Part shown: positions 25,136-32,000 of the stretch, piece by piece
Numbering within the stretch: the first letter of the stretch is position 1
Layout of the letters: each line of letters opens with the position of its first letter
From: Pyrodictium abyssi
GTDB taxonomy: Archaea > Thermoproteota > Thermoprotei_A > Sulfolobales > Pyrodictiaceae
Assembly: GCF_036323395.1 (NCBI RefSeq)
Contig: NZ_AP028907.1
Coordinates: 330,001-362,000 of the forward strand
Reading direction: 5' to 3'
Length of the DNA stretch: 32,000 nt
The notes under the pieces: model-generated
What the model was told of the DNA's origin: nothing
The model's database searches: none
The model's input: the letters and a program-made list of their open reading frames with translations, nothing else
Translations under genes and position numbers: made by a program

Positions 25136-26236
25136 ATGAGTGATAGTAGCCAGGGCCGCGCCTTGGGGGCTGAGCTGCCCCGCGCCCCTGGCGCGGTGGA
25201 GGCGGCCAAGATAAGACGCTACGAGACAGTAGACATTGCCGAGAGAATAGCCGTGATATCGCCGGAGGCGTTAAAGCTAACCAACTATCCACTAAGGCAG
25301 CCCGTCACAGCGTTTAATCCATCACTCCACGTAGCTGGCAATGAGCTAAGGCTCTTCATACGTGTCACCGTGGGCTACTACCGCTATGCCTCAGCTGTGG
25401 CGCTCGCCCGCCTCAGCCTCGAGGATATAATGACGGAGAAACGTGTACCCGGCAGCATAGAGGCAAGCATAGTGGTGTATCCCTCGACACGGTACGACAT
25501 ATGGGGCGTAGAGGACCCCCGCGTATACCAGCTCGGCGAGAGGCTCTACATGACCTACACGGGGCGTACAGCCTCATACTTCGACGCTGCATCCACGGGG
25601 CGTACGATACCCGTCACAGCCGTCTCGGAGGATGGAGGCCATACGTGGAGGAAAAGCTTCATACATGTAGTGTCAAGCGGGCTGGCAGGCAAAGTAGTCA
25701 GTGACAAGAACGCGTTTATGTACGAAGTAGACGGCTCAAGGCTGTTCTTCCACAGGCTACACCTGGTGAGCGGCGAGTTCCTAACCATTGTGAGCCGTGT
25801 CGAGGAAGGAGGAGAAACGGGCGACGGGCTCCGTGAACTAGTATCGAGCAGTAGTAGCGTAGTCGTTGAGTCTGCCGCCTTTGAGTCGAAGACCGGCTGG
25901 GCGGCTCCTCCGGTTAGAGTAGGCAGCAGAGACCTCCTAGTCCTCTTACACGGTGTCAACAGGGACGGCGTCTACCGGGTATTCGCCGTGCTTCTCGAGC
26001 ATAGCCGAAGCGAGGGTACAGTCGTGAAGGCTGTAACCCCAAGGTACATAATGGAGCCCCGCGAGCTGTACGAGGTATACGGCGATAGACCGTACGTGGT
26101 ATTCCCCTGTGGCGCCTCGCTTGTAGACGACTCTACGCTCTTGCTGAGCTATGGCGCGGCAGACCAGTTCGTAGGCCTCGCAGCTATAGATCTCGACGGT
26201 CTACTCGCTGAGCTCGATCGTGGCCGGATATATTAG
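25136..26236 (+). CDS. GH130/DUF377-like beta-propeller glycosidase or phosphorylase-related protein
   Basis: AFNPSL, WGVEDPRVYQLGERLYMTYTG, KNAFMY and the C-terminal LLSYGAADQFVGLAAIDLDGLL match the PH1107-related/GH130 pattern as I recall it. Confidence 0.6.
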   Translation: MSDSSQGRALGAELPRAPGAVEAAKIRRYETVDIAERIAVISPEALKLTNYPLRQPVTAFNPSLHVAGNELRLFIRVTVGYYRYASAVALARLSLEDIMTEKRVPGSIEASIVVYPSTRYDIWGVEDPRVYQLGERLYMTYTGRTASYFDAASTGRTIPVTAVSEDGGHTWRKSFIHVVSSGLAGKVVSDKNAFMYEVDGSRLFFHRLHLVSGEFLTIVSRVEEGGETGDGLRELVSSSSSVVVESAAFESKTGWAAPPVRVGSRDLLVLLHGVNRDGVYRVFAVLLEHSRSEGTVVKAVTPRYIMEPRELYEVYGDRPYVVFPCGASLVDDSTLLLSYGAADQFVGLAAIDLDGLLAELDRGRIY

Positions 26237-27338
26237 CCGGCTCCTCCACCTCGAGGCCCGCCATCCTAGCAGCTCTCACAAAGTCTCTTGGCGACAGAGG
26301 CAGCCAGCTGGCAAGCTCCTCGTAGAGGCTCCACGGCACCTTCTTCCTCCTACCCTGGCTCCACCGGGCCAGCTCCACATAGGCGCGGAGCCTGGCGTCA
26401 CGTGGGCTCATAACGCTTCTTATCGCCTCCTCGACGTCGCCGCACGTCTCGTAGCGCGCCTTAAGTATAATCTCGGCAAGCATGTTCAGCCTTGAGGGTA
26501 CACCGTGTATGCTTCCCCGGAGCGCTAGCTTCCGCGGCTCAGCGAGACCCCGGAGCATAAGCCTCCTAGTCTCGCTGGGCCTGGGGAGCCGGTCGACTAT
26601 ACCCCCTATTATGAACGCGTCAGCCTCAAGCACGTCGCTAGGCCTTAGCTCCTGCTCCGCATTGGGGTCCAGCAGGATTATTCTGCGTGCGCCTCGGAGA
26701 AGCGCGGCCTCGTCGGATGGTAGTAGCGAGTAGTCTACTAGGCCGCGTCCTATGAACATGCGCAGCCACTCATAGGCGCCTGGGGGCCCGCCGGCGAGGA
26801 GCAAATGGCGGTCCCATAGGTATCTCCGCACCACGCCCAGGGTAGCGCCCACCTGGCGTCTAAGGCTCCGGAGCTCGGTCATGGATACGTGCTTGTCTAC
26901 AAGACTAAGGTCTATCACTATGAGCGGGAGCGGCTCTGGCAGCCGCTGGAGCAGCTCGCTGCGCCAGTCGGCCTCGGGGGTGTAGACGGCATCGGCTCGG
27001 GAGCCGCCTCTGCCCGCGATGTAGCGGAAAACGGCGCCACGGTACTCCTCGCAGAACCTCTCTGAGCCGGTCCAGCGGGAGGCCTCAACAAAGCCCCCGC
27101 CCCAGCTCAGGATACGCACAAGGAGCTCCTGGAACGGGTTGGACTTGACCCTGCCGCTATCCAGGTGGACAAGGCTCCCGAGCGAGTACCAGCCGCGGCC
27201 CTGTAGAGCATCCAATAGCCTGTACCGGGGCAGCTCCCTGTAGCACTTTTCACCGCAGCAGCGGCGTGGATCAGCTACCGTGAGGCACTTCATAGCCCAG
27301 CTACCACGGCTCAGTATGGGGGTGAGGAGGCTCATCAA
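26184..27338 (-). CDS. trm10: SPOUT-class tRNA methyltransferase, archaeal Trm10-like (m1R9)
   Basis: LIVIDLSLVDKH..., RIILLDPNAEQEL...ADAFIIGGIVD and LALRGSIHGVPSRLNMLAEIILKA resemble the archaeal Trm10 SPOUT core. This is from recollection, not a search. The TTG/ATG start is at 27338/27335. Confidence 0.55.
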   Translation of the reverse strand: MMSLLTPILSRGSWAMKCLTVADPRRCCGEKCYRELPRYRLLDALQGRGWYSLGSLVHLDSGRVKSNPFQELLVRILSWGGGFVEASRWTGSERFCEEYRGAVFRYIAGRGGSRADAVYTPEADWRSELLQRLPEPLPLIVIDLSLVDKHVSMTELRSLRRQVGATLGVVRRYLWDRHLLLAGGPPGAYEWLRMFIGRGLVDYSLLPSDEAALLRGARRIILLDPNAEQELRPSDVLEADAFIIGGIVDRLPRPSETRRLMLRGLAEPRKLALRGSIHGVPSRLNMLAEIILKARYETCGDVEEAIRSVMSPRDARLRAYVELARWSQGRRKKVPWSLYEELASWLPLSPRDFVRAARMAGLEVEEPANISGHDRAQRVDRRDL

Positions 27339-27483
27339 CTCCGGTTAAGCGTCTCCCCAGCTATATCCTCTGGCTCCCAGCATCCATGCAGACCTCTGGA
27401 TAAGACTTTAATAACGTAACACTAATGCAAATCCTCGGCGCGGCTCACATAGGGGGCCGGAGAGGCTGGAGGAAGGGGCACAG

Positions 27484-27705
27484 ATGTATCCTGAAGACTT
27501 GCTACTGTTGGCCAGCTTTACCACGAACTTGATAGGCATGGCGCTGCTAGCCCTGGTAGCCTCCAGGAAGAGAGCAAGGCTTGACGACACACGGCTGGTA
27601 GATAGGATAAGCAAGGGCGTGGCCGTGCTTGTACTCACTGTGATAGGCCTTGTACTCGCCTTTGCCATGCTACGCCTCCTAGAGCTAGCTGAGCAGAATT
27701 TATGA
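27484..27705 (+). CDS. small two-TM membrane protein (73 aa)
   Basis: GGAGG lies about 12 nt upstream of the ATG. Two hydrophobic helices (LLLLASFTTNLIGMALLALVA and VAVLVLTVIGLVLAFAML) flank a basic loop. The competing antisense ORF 27408..27668 translates to S/T/A-rich sequence. Confidence 0.45.
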   Translation: MYPEDLLLLASFTTNLIGMALLALVASRKRARLDDTRLVDRISKGVAVLVLTVIGLVLAFAMLRLLELAEQNL

Positions 27706-27757
27706 TGCCACGGTACGCGCCAATATCCACGGCTATGAGGAGGGCTAGATATGCTGA
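27702..27757 (+). ncRNA. weak second C/D box sRNA candidate
   Basis: AUGAUGC (27702-27708) is followed by 12 nt and then CAAU, a poor D'. AUGAGGA (27735-27741) is followed by exactly 12 nt and CUGA (27754-27757). The terminal stem is only UUU/AAA. It overlaps the stop codon of the small membrane ORF. Confidence 0.2.
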
Positions 27758-27795
27758 AAAGCCGGGCATGATGACGGTTTCTGGTGCCGAGCCGG

Positions 27796-28164
27796 TTATT
27801 CCTCCTCAGCCTCTTCTAGCTCCTCCAGAGCATCCATAACAGCGGTTCTCGCGTCTAGCTTAGCGCTCACGCCAGCGCTGCGTAGAGAATCATAGACCTC
27901 ATGGGCCACCATGCTTATTTCGTCGAGAAGGTCCTCCAGAAACGCTCGCGGATCATCCTCCATGTCAACTACGTCCCTAACGTAGTCCCGGAGCCCCTCG
28001 TACCCAACCTTCACGAGCACGCCGCTGCTCACGGGCCTAACCTCTATGTAGAACGGGGCATCGGGGTGCTTAACCTTGAGAGCCTCCCCTTCTACGCGGA
28101 GTATGTAGCCACGTCTCCTAGCTATAGGCTCGACAAGGCTTCTCAGCTCTTCAGCCTTAGGCAA
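27796..28164 (-). CDS. hypothetical protein (122 aa, acidic C-terminus)
   Basis: TTG start with GGAGGTG upstream. The composition is coding-like and non-repetitive. I recognise no family. Confidence 0.55.
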   Translation of the reverse strand: MPKAEELRSLVEPIARRRGYILRVEGEALKVKHPDAPFYIEVRPVSSGVLVKVGYEGLRDYVRDVVDMEDDPRAFLEDLLDEISMVAHEVYDSLRSAGVSAKLDARTAVMDALEELEEAEEE

Positions 28165-28258
28165 GCTACCCCCAGCACCTCCAGGTACAGCTGTGTAGGC
28201 TAGTCCCTAATGAGGGGAAGGCCGGGAAAGAGGAGGGTGGACACCAGATGTTTGGTAG

Positions 28259-28368
28259 TGGAGCCGGGGCCGGGATTTGAACCCGGGATCAACGGGTCTC
28301 TACGCGATGGGCGGATAGCCCACGGGACCACTGCAGCCCGCCGCCTTCGACCGCTCGGCCACCCCGGC
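28259..28368 (-). tRNA. tRNA-Cys (anticodon GCA) with a 33-nt intron at 37/38 and encoded CCA
   Basis: Reverse complement, folded by hand: GCCGGGG TG GCCG AGCGGTCGA AGGC G GCGGG CTGCAG [TGGTCCCGTGGGCTATCCGCCCATCGCGTAGAG] A CCCGT TGATC CCGGG TTCAAAT CCCGG CCCCGGC T CCA. G37 and discriminator U73 fit Cys identity. The intron is at about 28298-28330, the mature tRNA is 74 nt, and the CCA is at 28259-28261. Confidence 0.9.
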
Positions 28369-28396
28369 GTCCATTACTCCGATAGCACTGGGCCGG

Positions 28397-28406
28397 ATTT
28401 ATTAAA
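28397..28406 (-). promoter_or_regulatory. TATA box for tRNA-Cys
   Basis: The coding-strand sequence is TTTAATAAAT, lying 29-38 nt upstream of the tRNA 5' end at 28368. Confidence 0.45.
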
Positions 28407-28535
28407 GCATCGGGGCTCTTACCGACTAGGCGAAGAACGGGGCACTTGCTCGAGTGGTCTAGCCCCTGCTAGCACGATGGCCTAGCGTGTGGTGCGGGAT
28501 GATAGGCTCAGGCGGAGCTGACCCGTAGGGTAGCG

Positions 28536-29645
28536 GTGATGAGTTTAGCCTTGGTTGACCGCAGACAAGTAGTAATCGTGGGGGCCGGGCCAGCGGGCCT
28601 GCTAACAGCGCTAAACCTCCGCGAGGCTGAAGCCCTAGTAGTCGAGGCGTCTAGTAGGCCCGGGTGGCCTCCGCACTGTACTGGGCTTGTGAGCCCAGCA
28701 ACTGCTAGGAGGTTTAACATCCCCGAGGCCGTAACGGAAGCCTACAACGAGGCTGTATTCCTCGATGACCGGCTCCAGGAGATATGCCGTATATCGGGAT
28801 CCCCTCTAGCAGTAAGGCTCTCAAGACCCCTCCTCGAGGAACTTCTGGCGCAGCGCGTGGAGAGCCTTGGTCACCGGATAGCCTACCGGACGAGGGCGGG
28901 TGCACTGCATGCCGACGGGTGTGTACAGCTACACGGCGGCCGCCGAGTCTGCGGGGAATGGGTTGTTGCGGCACTAGGCGCCAATCCCAGAGCAGCGGCA
29001 GTCTTCGGGGCGAGGAATTGCAGGTACCTCCCTGGCTTCGAGGTACGCGTTAGGCTCACAGCACGGGTCTCCGACGATGCTTTCTACACCATACATGGCT
29101 GGCGTGTTGCGCCGCAGTTCTTTGCGTGGGTTGTCCCTCTCCGTGGCGGCCGGGAGGCCCTCATAGGCGTTGGAGGCGATTATGCTGTAGAGAGGCTTGC
29201 TGCGCTAATGCAGCGGCTGGACCGGATGGGAGTAGTGCACGTATCAAGCATAGTTAGCCACCGCGGGGGCCGTATAGTCGAGGGGCCGCCAGCACAGCAT
29301 CCTCTAGCCGGGAAGCTCGCTGGTATAGGCGACGTGCTGTGTGCATCGAAACCGTTCACTGGTGGAGGCCTCTACGCAATATCCATCCTGGCGAAACCGC
29401 TAGCAGCCCTCCTAGAGAAGGGTGAAAAGAGGCTACTGTTGGAAACCTGGGCTAGGCTAAGAAGGGAGCTAGAGGCACAGTACCTCCTTACAAGGGCTGC
29501 GAGGCTGCTGCAGCCGCTCTGGCGGAGGGCTCTCAAGGTGGCCTGCTCGGCGGCCGCTAGCGGCCGCTGTAGCATAGACTATGACGCGCACAGCAGCCTT
29601 GTGGAATGCCTGGCACCGTGGAGGGGGGCTGGCCGGCATGGCTAA
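28536..29645 (+). CDS. FAD-dependent oxidoreductase of the geranylgeranyl reductase family
   Basis: The dinucleotide fold is VVIVGAGPAGLLTALNL, with GIGDVLCASKPFTGGGLYAI later on. The size is about 370 aa. The start is GTG 28536 or ATG 28539. Confidence 0.75.
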   Translation: MMSLALVDRRQVVIVGAGPAGLLTALNLREAEALVVEASSRPGWPPHCTGLVSPATARRFNIPEAVTEAYNEAVFLDDRLQEICRISGSPLAVRLSRPLLEELLAQRVESLGHRIAYRTRAGALHADGCVQLHGGRRVCGEWVVAALGANPRAAAVFGARNCRYLPGFEVRVRLTARVSDDAFYTIHGWRVAPQFFAWVVPLRGGREALIGVGGDYAVERLAALMQRLDRMGVVHVSSIVSHRGGRIVEGPPAQHPLAGKLAGIGDVLCASKPFTGGGLYAISILAKPLAALLEKGEKRLLLETWARLRRELEAQYLLTRAARLLQPLWRRALKVACSAAASGRCSIDYDAHSSLVECLAPWRGAGRHG

Positions 29646-30495
29646 GAGAAAACTTCTGAGAGAGATAGCTGCCGAGGTCTATGGCCCCGAGAAGGCTGAT
29701 AGGTTCTGGAAGAGAATAGAGATTATAGGCGACATAGCAGTCATACGTAAGCCCTTCGACGTGAATATAGACGAGCTGAAGCCGCTTGCCGAGGCGCTGC
29801 TGAGGAGACTGCCCTACGTCAAGAGCGTATGGGTAACCTCTAGCCCGGTCGAGGGGGAGTATAGGCTCCGGAGCTACACGCACCTTGCCGGCGAGAAGAG
29901 GAGCTGGACGATCTACCGGGAGTACGGCTGCAGCTTCAAGATAGACATAACGAGGGTATACATATCGCCGCGGCTCTCGTACGAGCATCAGCGTATCGCG
30001 CGCCTCGTGAAGCCCGGCGAGACCGTGATAAACATGTATGCTGGCGCGGGGCTCTTCTCGATAATAATAGCTAGGCACTCCAAGCCTGCAAAGGTGTACA
30101 GTATAGACATAAACCCCGAGGCCTACAAGATGATGGTAGAGAACGTGAGGCTCAACAAGCTAGAAGGAATAGTGGTCCCAATACTCGGCGACGCGGCTGA
30201 GGTGGTGGAGAAGCAGCTACAGTCGACAGCCGACAGGATACTGATGCCGCTGCCCGAGTTAGCACTAGAGCACCTCCCGCACGCGCTAAAGGGGCTCCGC
30301 GGTAGAGGCTGGCTCCACGTGTACCTGCACGTCTTCGCCGAGAAGGGCGTCGACCCCAGGAGGAAGGCAGTAGAGATGCTCGCCGAGAGGCTAGACGAGC
30401 TAGGGGCAAGGTACCGTGTAGAACTCAGCCGCGTCGTACGGACAGTCGGGCCTAGGCGCAGCCAAGTAGTAGTAGACGTCCATGTAGAGTCCTAG
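29638..30495 (+). CDS. trm5: tRNA (guanine37-N1)-methyltransferase Trm5 family (Met-10+ like)
   Basis: IIGDIAVI (D1), YISPRLSYEHQRIARLV, the SAM motif VINMYAGAGLFSI, SIDINPEA and ADRILMPLP are all present. ATG 29638 overlaps the upstream stop as ATGGCTAA. The track ORF starts at 29581. Confidence 0.85.
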   Translation: MAKRKLLREIAAEVYGPEKADRFWKRIEIIGDIAVIRKPFDVNIDELKPLAEALLRRLPYVKSVWVTSSPVEGEYRLRSYTHLAGEKRSWTIYREYGCSFKIDITRVYISPRLSYEHQRIARLVKPGETVINMYAGAGLFSIIIARHSKPAKVYSIDINPEAYKMMVENVRLNKLEGIVVPILGDAAEVVEKQLQSTADRILMPLPELALEHLPHALKGLRGRGWLHVYLHVFAEKGVDPRRKAVEMLAERLDELGARYRVELSRVVRTVGPRRSQVVVDVHVES

Positions 30496-30944
30496 CGTAG
30501 AGGTAGCTCAGAGACCTTCTTGGCCGCGAACTCTAGCACCGCGTAGACCTCGTCTTCGGTGTCCCTGGTGACGCCGGTCACTATGACCGAGGCTACTTTC
30601 CCCTCGTCGTCCCTCTCAACAGTGTACTCGAGACCCTCGTAGTCGGCTGCCAGCCTCTCGAGGGCAGTAAGCATGTACCTCACGTAGGGGTGCTGCTCGG
30701 GGACGGGACGGGTAAAGCTTAGCCTAATAGTGTCCCTCGTGGCGACCAGCCTCGCAGCTACGCGTCCATCCCTAGACCGGAACTCTTTGCCGCGGCGTGC
30801 ACCCCGGCCAGCAGGTATGGCTCCCGTGGCGCACTCCTCGAGCAGCGCTAGAAGCTGCTGGTAGAGCTGTAGCCGGGCCTCGAGCTCAGCTATCTCGCGC
30901 TCTAGGAGCTCGCGTAGCTCCTCGAGTCGAGGCTTCTCGGACAT
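30492..30944 (-). CDS. hypothetical protein (150 aa; N-terminal coiled coil)
   Basis: ATG start, with ELRELLEREIAELEARLQLYQQLLALLEE followed by a mixed alpha/beta-looking domain. I recognise no family. Confidence 0.55.
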   Translation of the reverse strand: MSEKPRLEELRELLEREIAELEARLQLYQQLLALLEECATGAIPAGRGARRGKEFRSRDGRVAARLVATRDTIRLSFTRPVPEQHPYVRYMLTALERLAADYEGLEYTVERDDEGKVASVIVTGVTRDTEDEVYAVLEFAAKKVSELPLR

Positions 30945-31148
30945 AGTATGCTCCCCCAGGGAGGAGGCGCCAGGTAGACGCTGAGACGCGTGGTGTAGCC
31001 GCGTGTACCGCCCCCATGCAGGCAGGCGCCCCTCTCCATAGCCTTGTGCTAGTAGGCGCTATTTAGGGGTAGAGGCGCCTAGGAAGGGCATAAAGTGTGT
31101 AGCAGCTAGCCACTATACAAGCCACGGGTAGACGAAGGGGAGGAGTAA

Positions 31149-32000
31149 ATGACCAGGAGGGCTGGTTCTACCAGAGCCTTCTCAGCTGTTGCTCTCTTGT
31201 TGTTCATACTGCTTGGCGTCTACTCTCAGCCGGCGCTCTCCGAGTATAGCGCTAGGATAAAGCTGGGCCTTCTTGCCGTGGACGGCGCCACGGGCAACGG
31301 TATTGTCGTTGACGCGTGGCTCTCTATAACCTCGCCTGGCAGCGGCCGTGTGGTCGTCGAGCCTAGGGACCTCGTAGAGGAGAGTACGGCTCTCTCGACA
31401 CGCGTAGCATTCTACCTAGCTAGCATAGTGGACGGGATAAACCCGGGGCTCTTCGATGTCCGTGTAGAGTTTGAGACCGATACCCCCGTTGGCGGGCCCA
31501 GCGCCAGCGGCTTCATGGCGGCAGCCTCTCTGCTCGCCCTCCGCGGGCTGCTCCCCGACACCGACACCACGATGACCGGGATGGTCTCGTTAACTGGGTT
31601 CATACTACCGGTGGCGGGTGTCAGCGACAAGGTGGCGGCGGCCAAATCTGCTGGCTACAAGAGGGTGCTGGTGCCGCTAAGCGAGGCAGGCAACATCTCT
31701 AACGGGATAGACGTGGAAGGCGTGTGTACCTTCGAGGAGGCAGCGTCGCGCCTCTCTAGCGGCTACGTGTCGGCTCTGACCCATGAGAAGCCCCCAATAC
31801 AGCCCCCCGAGCCCATCCGGGAGAAAGAGGTAGAGTTTAGCCACCACGCTCAGCTCTTCATGGAGAAGGCCACGGCCCTCCTCGACGAGATACCCAGGGA
31901 TGATACCCGCCGTGCAATCATGGCACTACTCGATAAGGCCCGTGAGGCTCTAGACAAAAGCCCCTACAGCGCTGCCAGCATAGCGTTCATGGCGCTGTAC
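31149..32000 (+). CDS. secreted or anchored Lon-protease-C-terminal (S16) domain protein, partial (runs off the window)
   Basis: The ATG follows GGGGAGGAG. The signal or anchor is MTRRAGSTRAFSAVALLLFILLGVYSQPALS. The S16 catalytic region is VGGPSASGFMAAASLLAL...MTGMVSLTGFILPVAGVSDKVAAAKSAGYKRVLVP, a Ser-Lys dyad context. No stop occurs before 32000, and the ORF is absent from the track. Confidence 0.75.
   Translation, partial: MTRRAGSTRAFSAVALLLFILLGVYSQPALSEYSARIKLGLLAVDGATGNGIVVDAWLSITSPGSGRVVVEPRDLVEESTALSTRVAFYLASIVDGINPGLFDVRVEFETDTPVGGPSASGFMAAASLLALRGLLPDTDTTMTGMVSLTGFILPVAGVSDKVAAAKSAGYKRVLVPLSEAGNISNGIDVEGVCTFEEAASRLSSGYVSALTHEKPPIQPPEPIREKEVEFSHHAQLFMEKATALLDEIPRDDTRRAIMALLDKAREALDKSPYSAASIAFMALY

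Noticed and set aside
27768-27790. Perfect C box AUGAUGA, then 12 nt, then CCGA
   Set aside because: No C' or D box occurs within the next 60 nt, and the sequence runs into the 3' end of the convergent gene.
28210-28485. 91-aa + strand ORF
   Set aside because: It lies directly antisense to, and across, the tRNA-Cys gene and its promoter.
28534-28557. GGTGATGA, then 12 nt, then TTGA
   Set aside because: It coincides with the start codons (GTG/ATG) of the GGR-family gene, and no C'/D pair follows. The nearby ATGATAG + 12 nt + CTGA (28502-28520) has two box mismatches and no partner.
1-32000. Window-wide scan for CRISPR arrays, IS elements, rRNA genes, additional tRNAs and known defence gene sets
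   Set aside because: None was seen. The only T-arm signatures (GGTTCAAATCC) belong to the two reported tRNAs. The helicase, macro domain, NTase and kinase genes all look like conserved archaeal housekeeping versions rather than a defence cluster.

Overview
The window reads as a compact, mostly housekeeping chromosomal segment of a hyperthermophilic crenarchaeon, probably Desulfurococcales/Pyrodictiaceae-like. That assignment is an inference from archaeal-type SAM synthetase, Rio2, SmAP, XPD, Trm5/Trm10, an intron-containing tRNA, Thr-rich surface linkers, and ATA/AGG/CTA-rich codon usage in GC-rich DNA. I can support about 30 protein genes:
- DUF1028, a nicotinamidase-like hydrolase and XPD helicase.
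- A 3-gene Fe3+/thiamine-type ABC importer.
- Two membrane-anchored surface proteins and two tandem minimal nucleotidyltransferase paralogs.
- Rio2, an ArsR regulator, a macro domain protein, AbrB-PhoU, SmAP and MAT.
- DUF460, a cupin, a purine PRTase, a GH130-like protein, Trm10-like, a GGR-family flavoprotein, Trm5 and a partial Lon-S16-like protease.

There are two tRNAs: Val-GAC, and Cys-GCA with a 33-nt intron. There is also one reasonably good C/D box sRNA candidate.

I saw no CRISPR array, transposase, integrase or recognisable defence island, and I cannot honestly point to a clear novel multi-gene system. The most unusual items are:
1. A subtilisin gene broken by two +1 frameshifts, each inside a CCCCC run, with all catalytic motifs intact.
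2. A roughly 400-500 nt GC-rich, hairpin-dense, ORF-less gap (23328-23833) that looks like an unnamed structured RNA or a long leader.
3. A second structured GC-rich segment plus a small GTG-initiated ORF downstream of XPD.
4. Tandem HEPN-less nucleotidyltransferase paralogs.
5. A pair of surface proteins with similar C-terminal anchor architecture.
6. Several short repeat or operator-like motifs in promoters.

All family calls come from motif recognition by eye. No database search was run.
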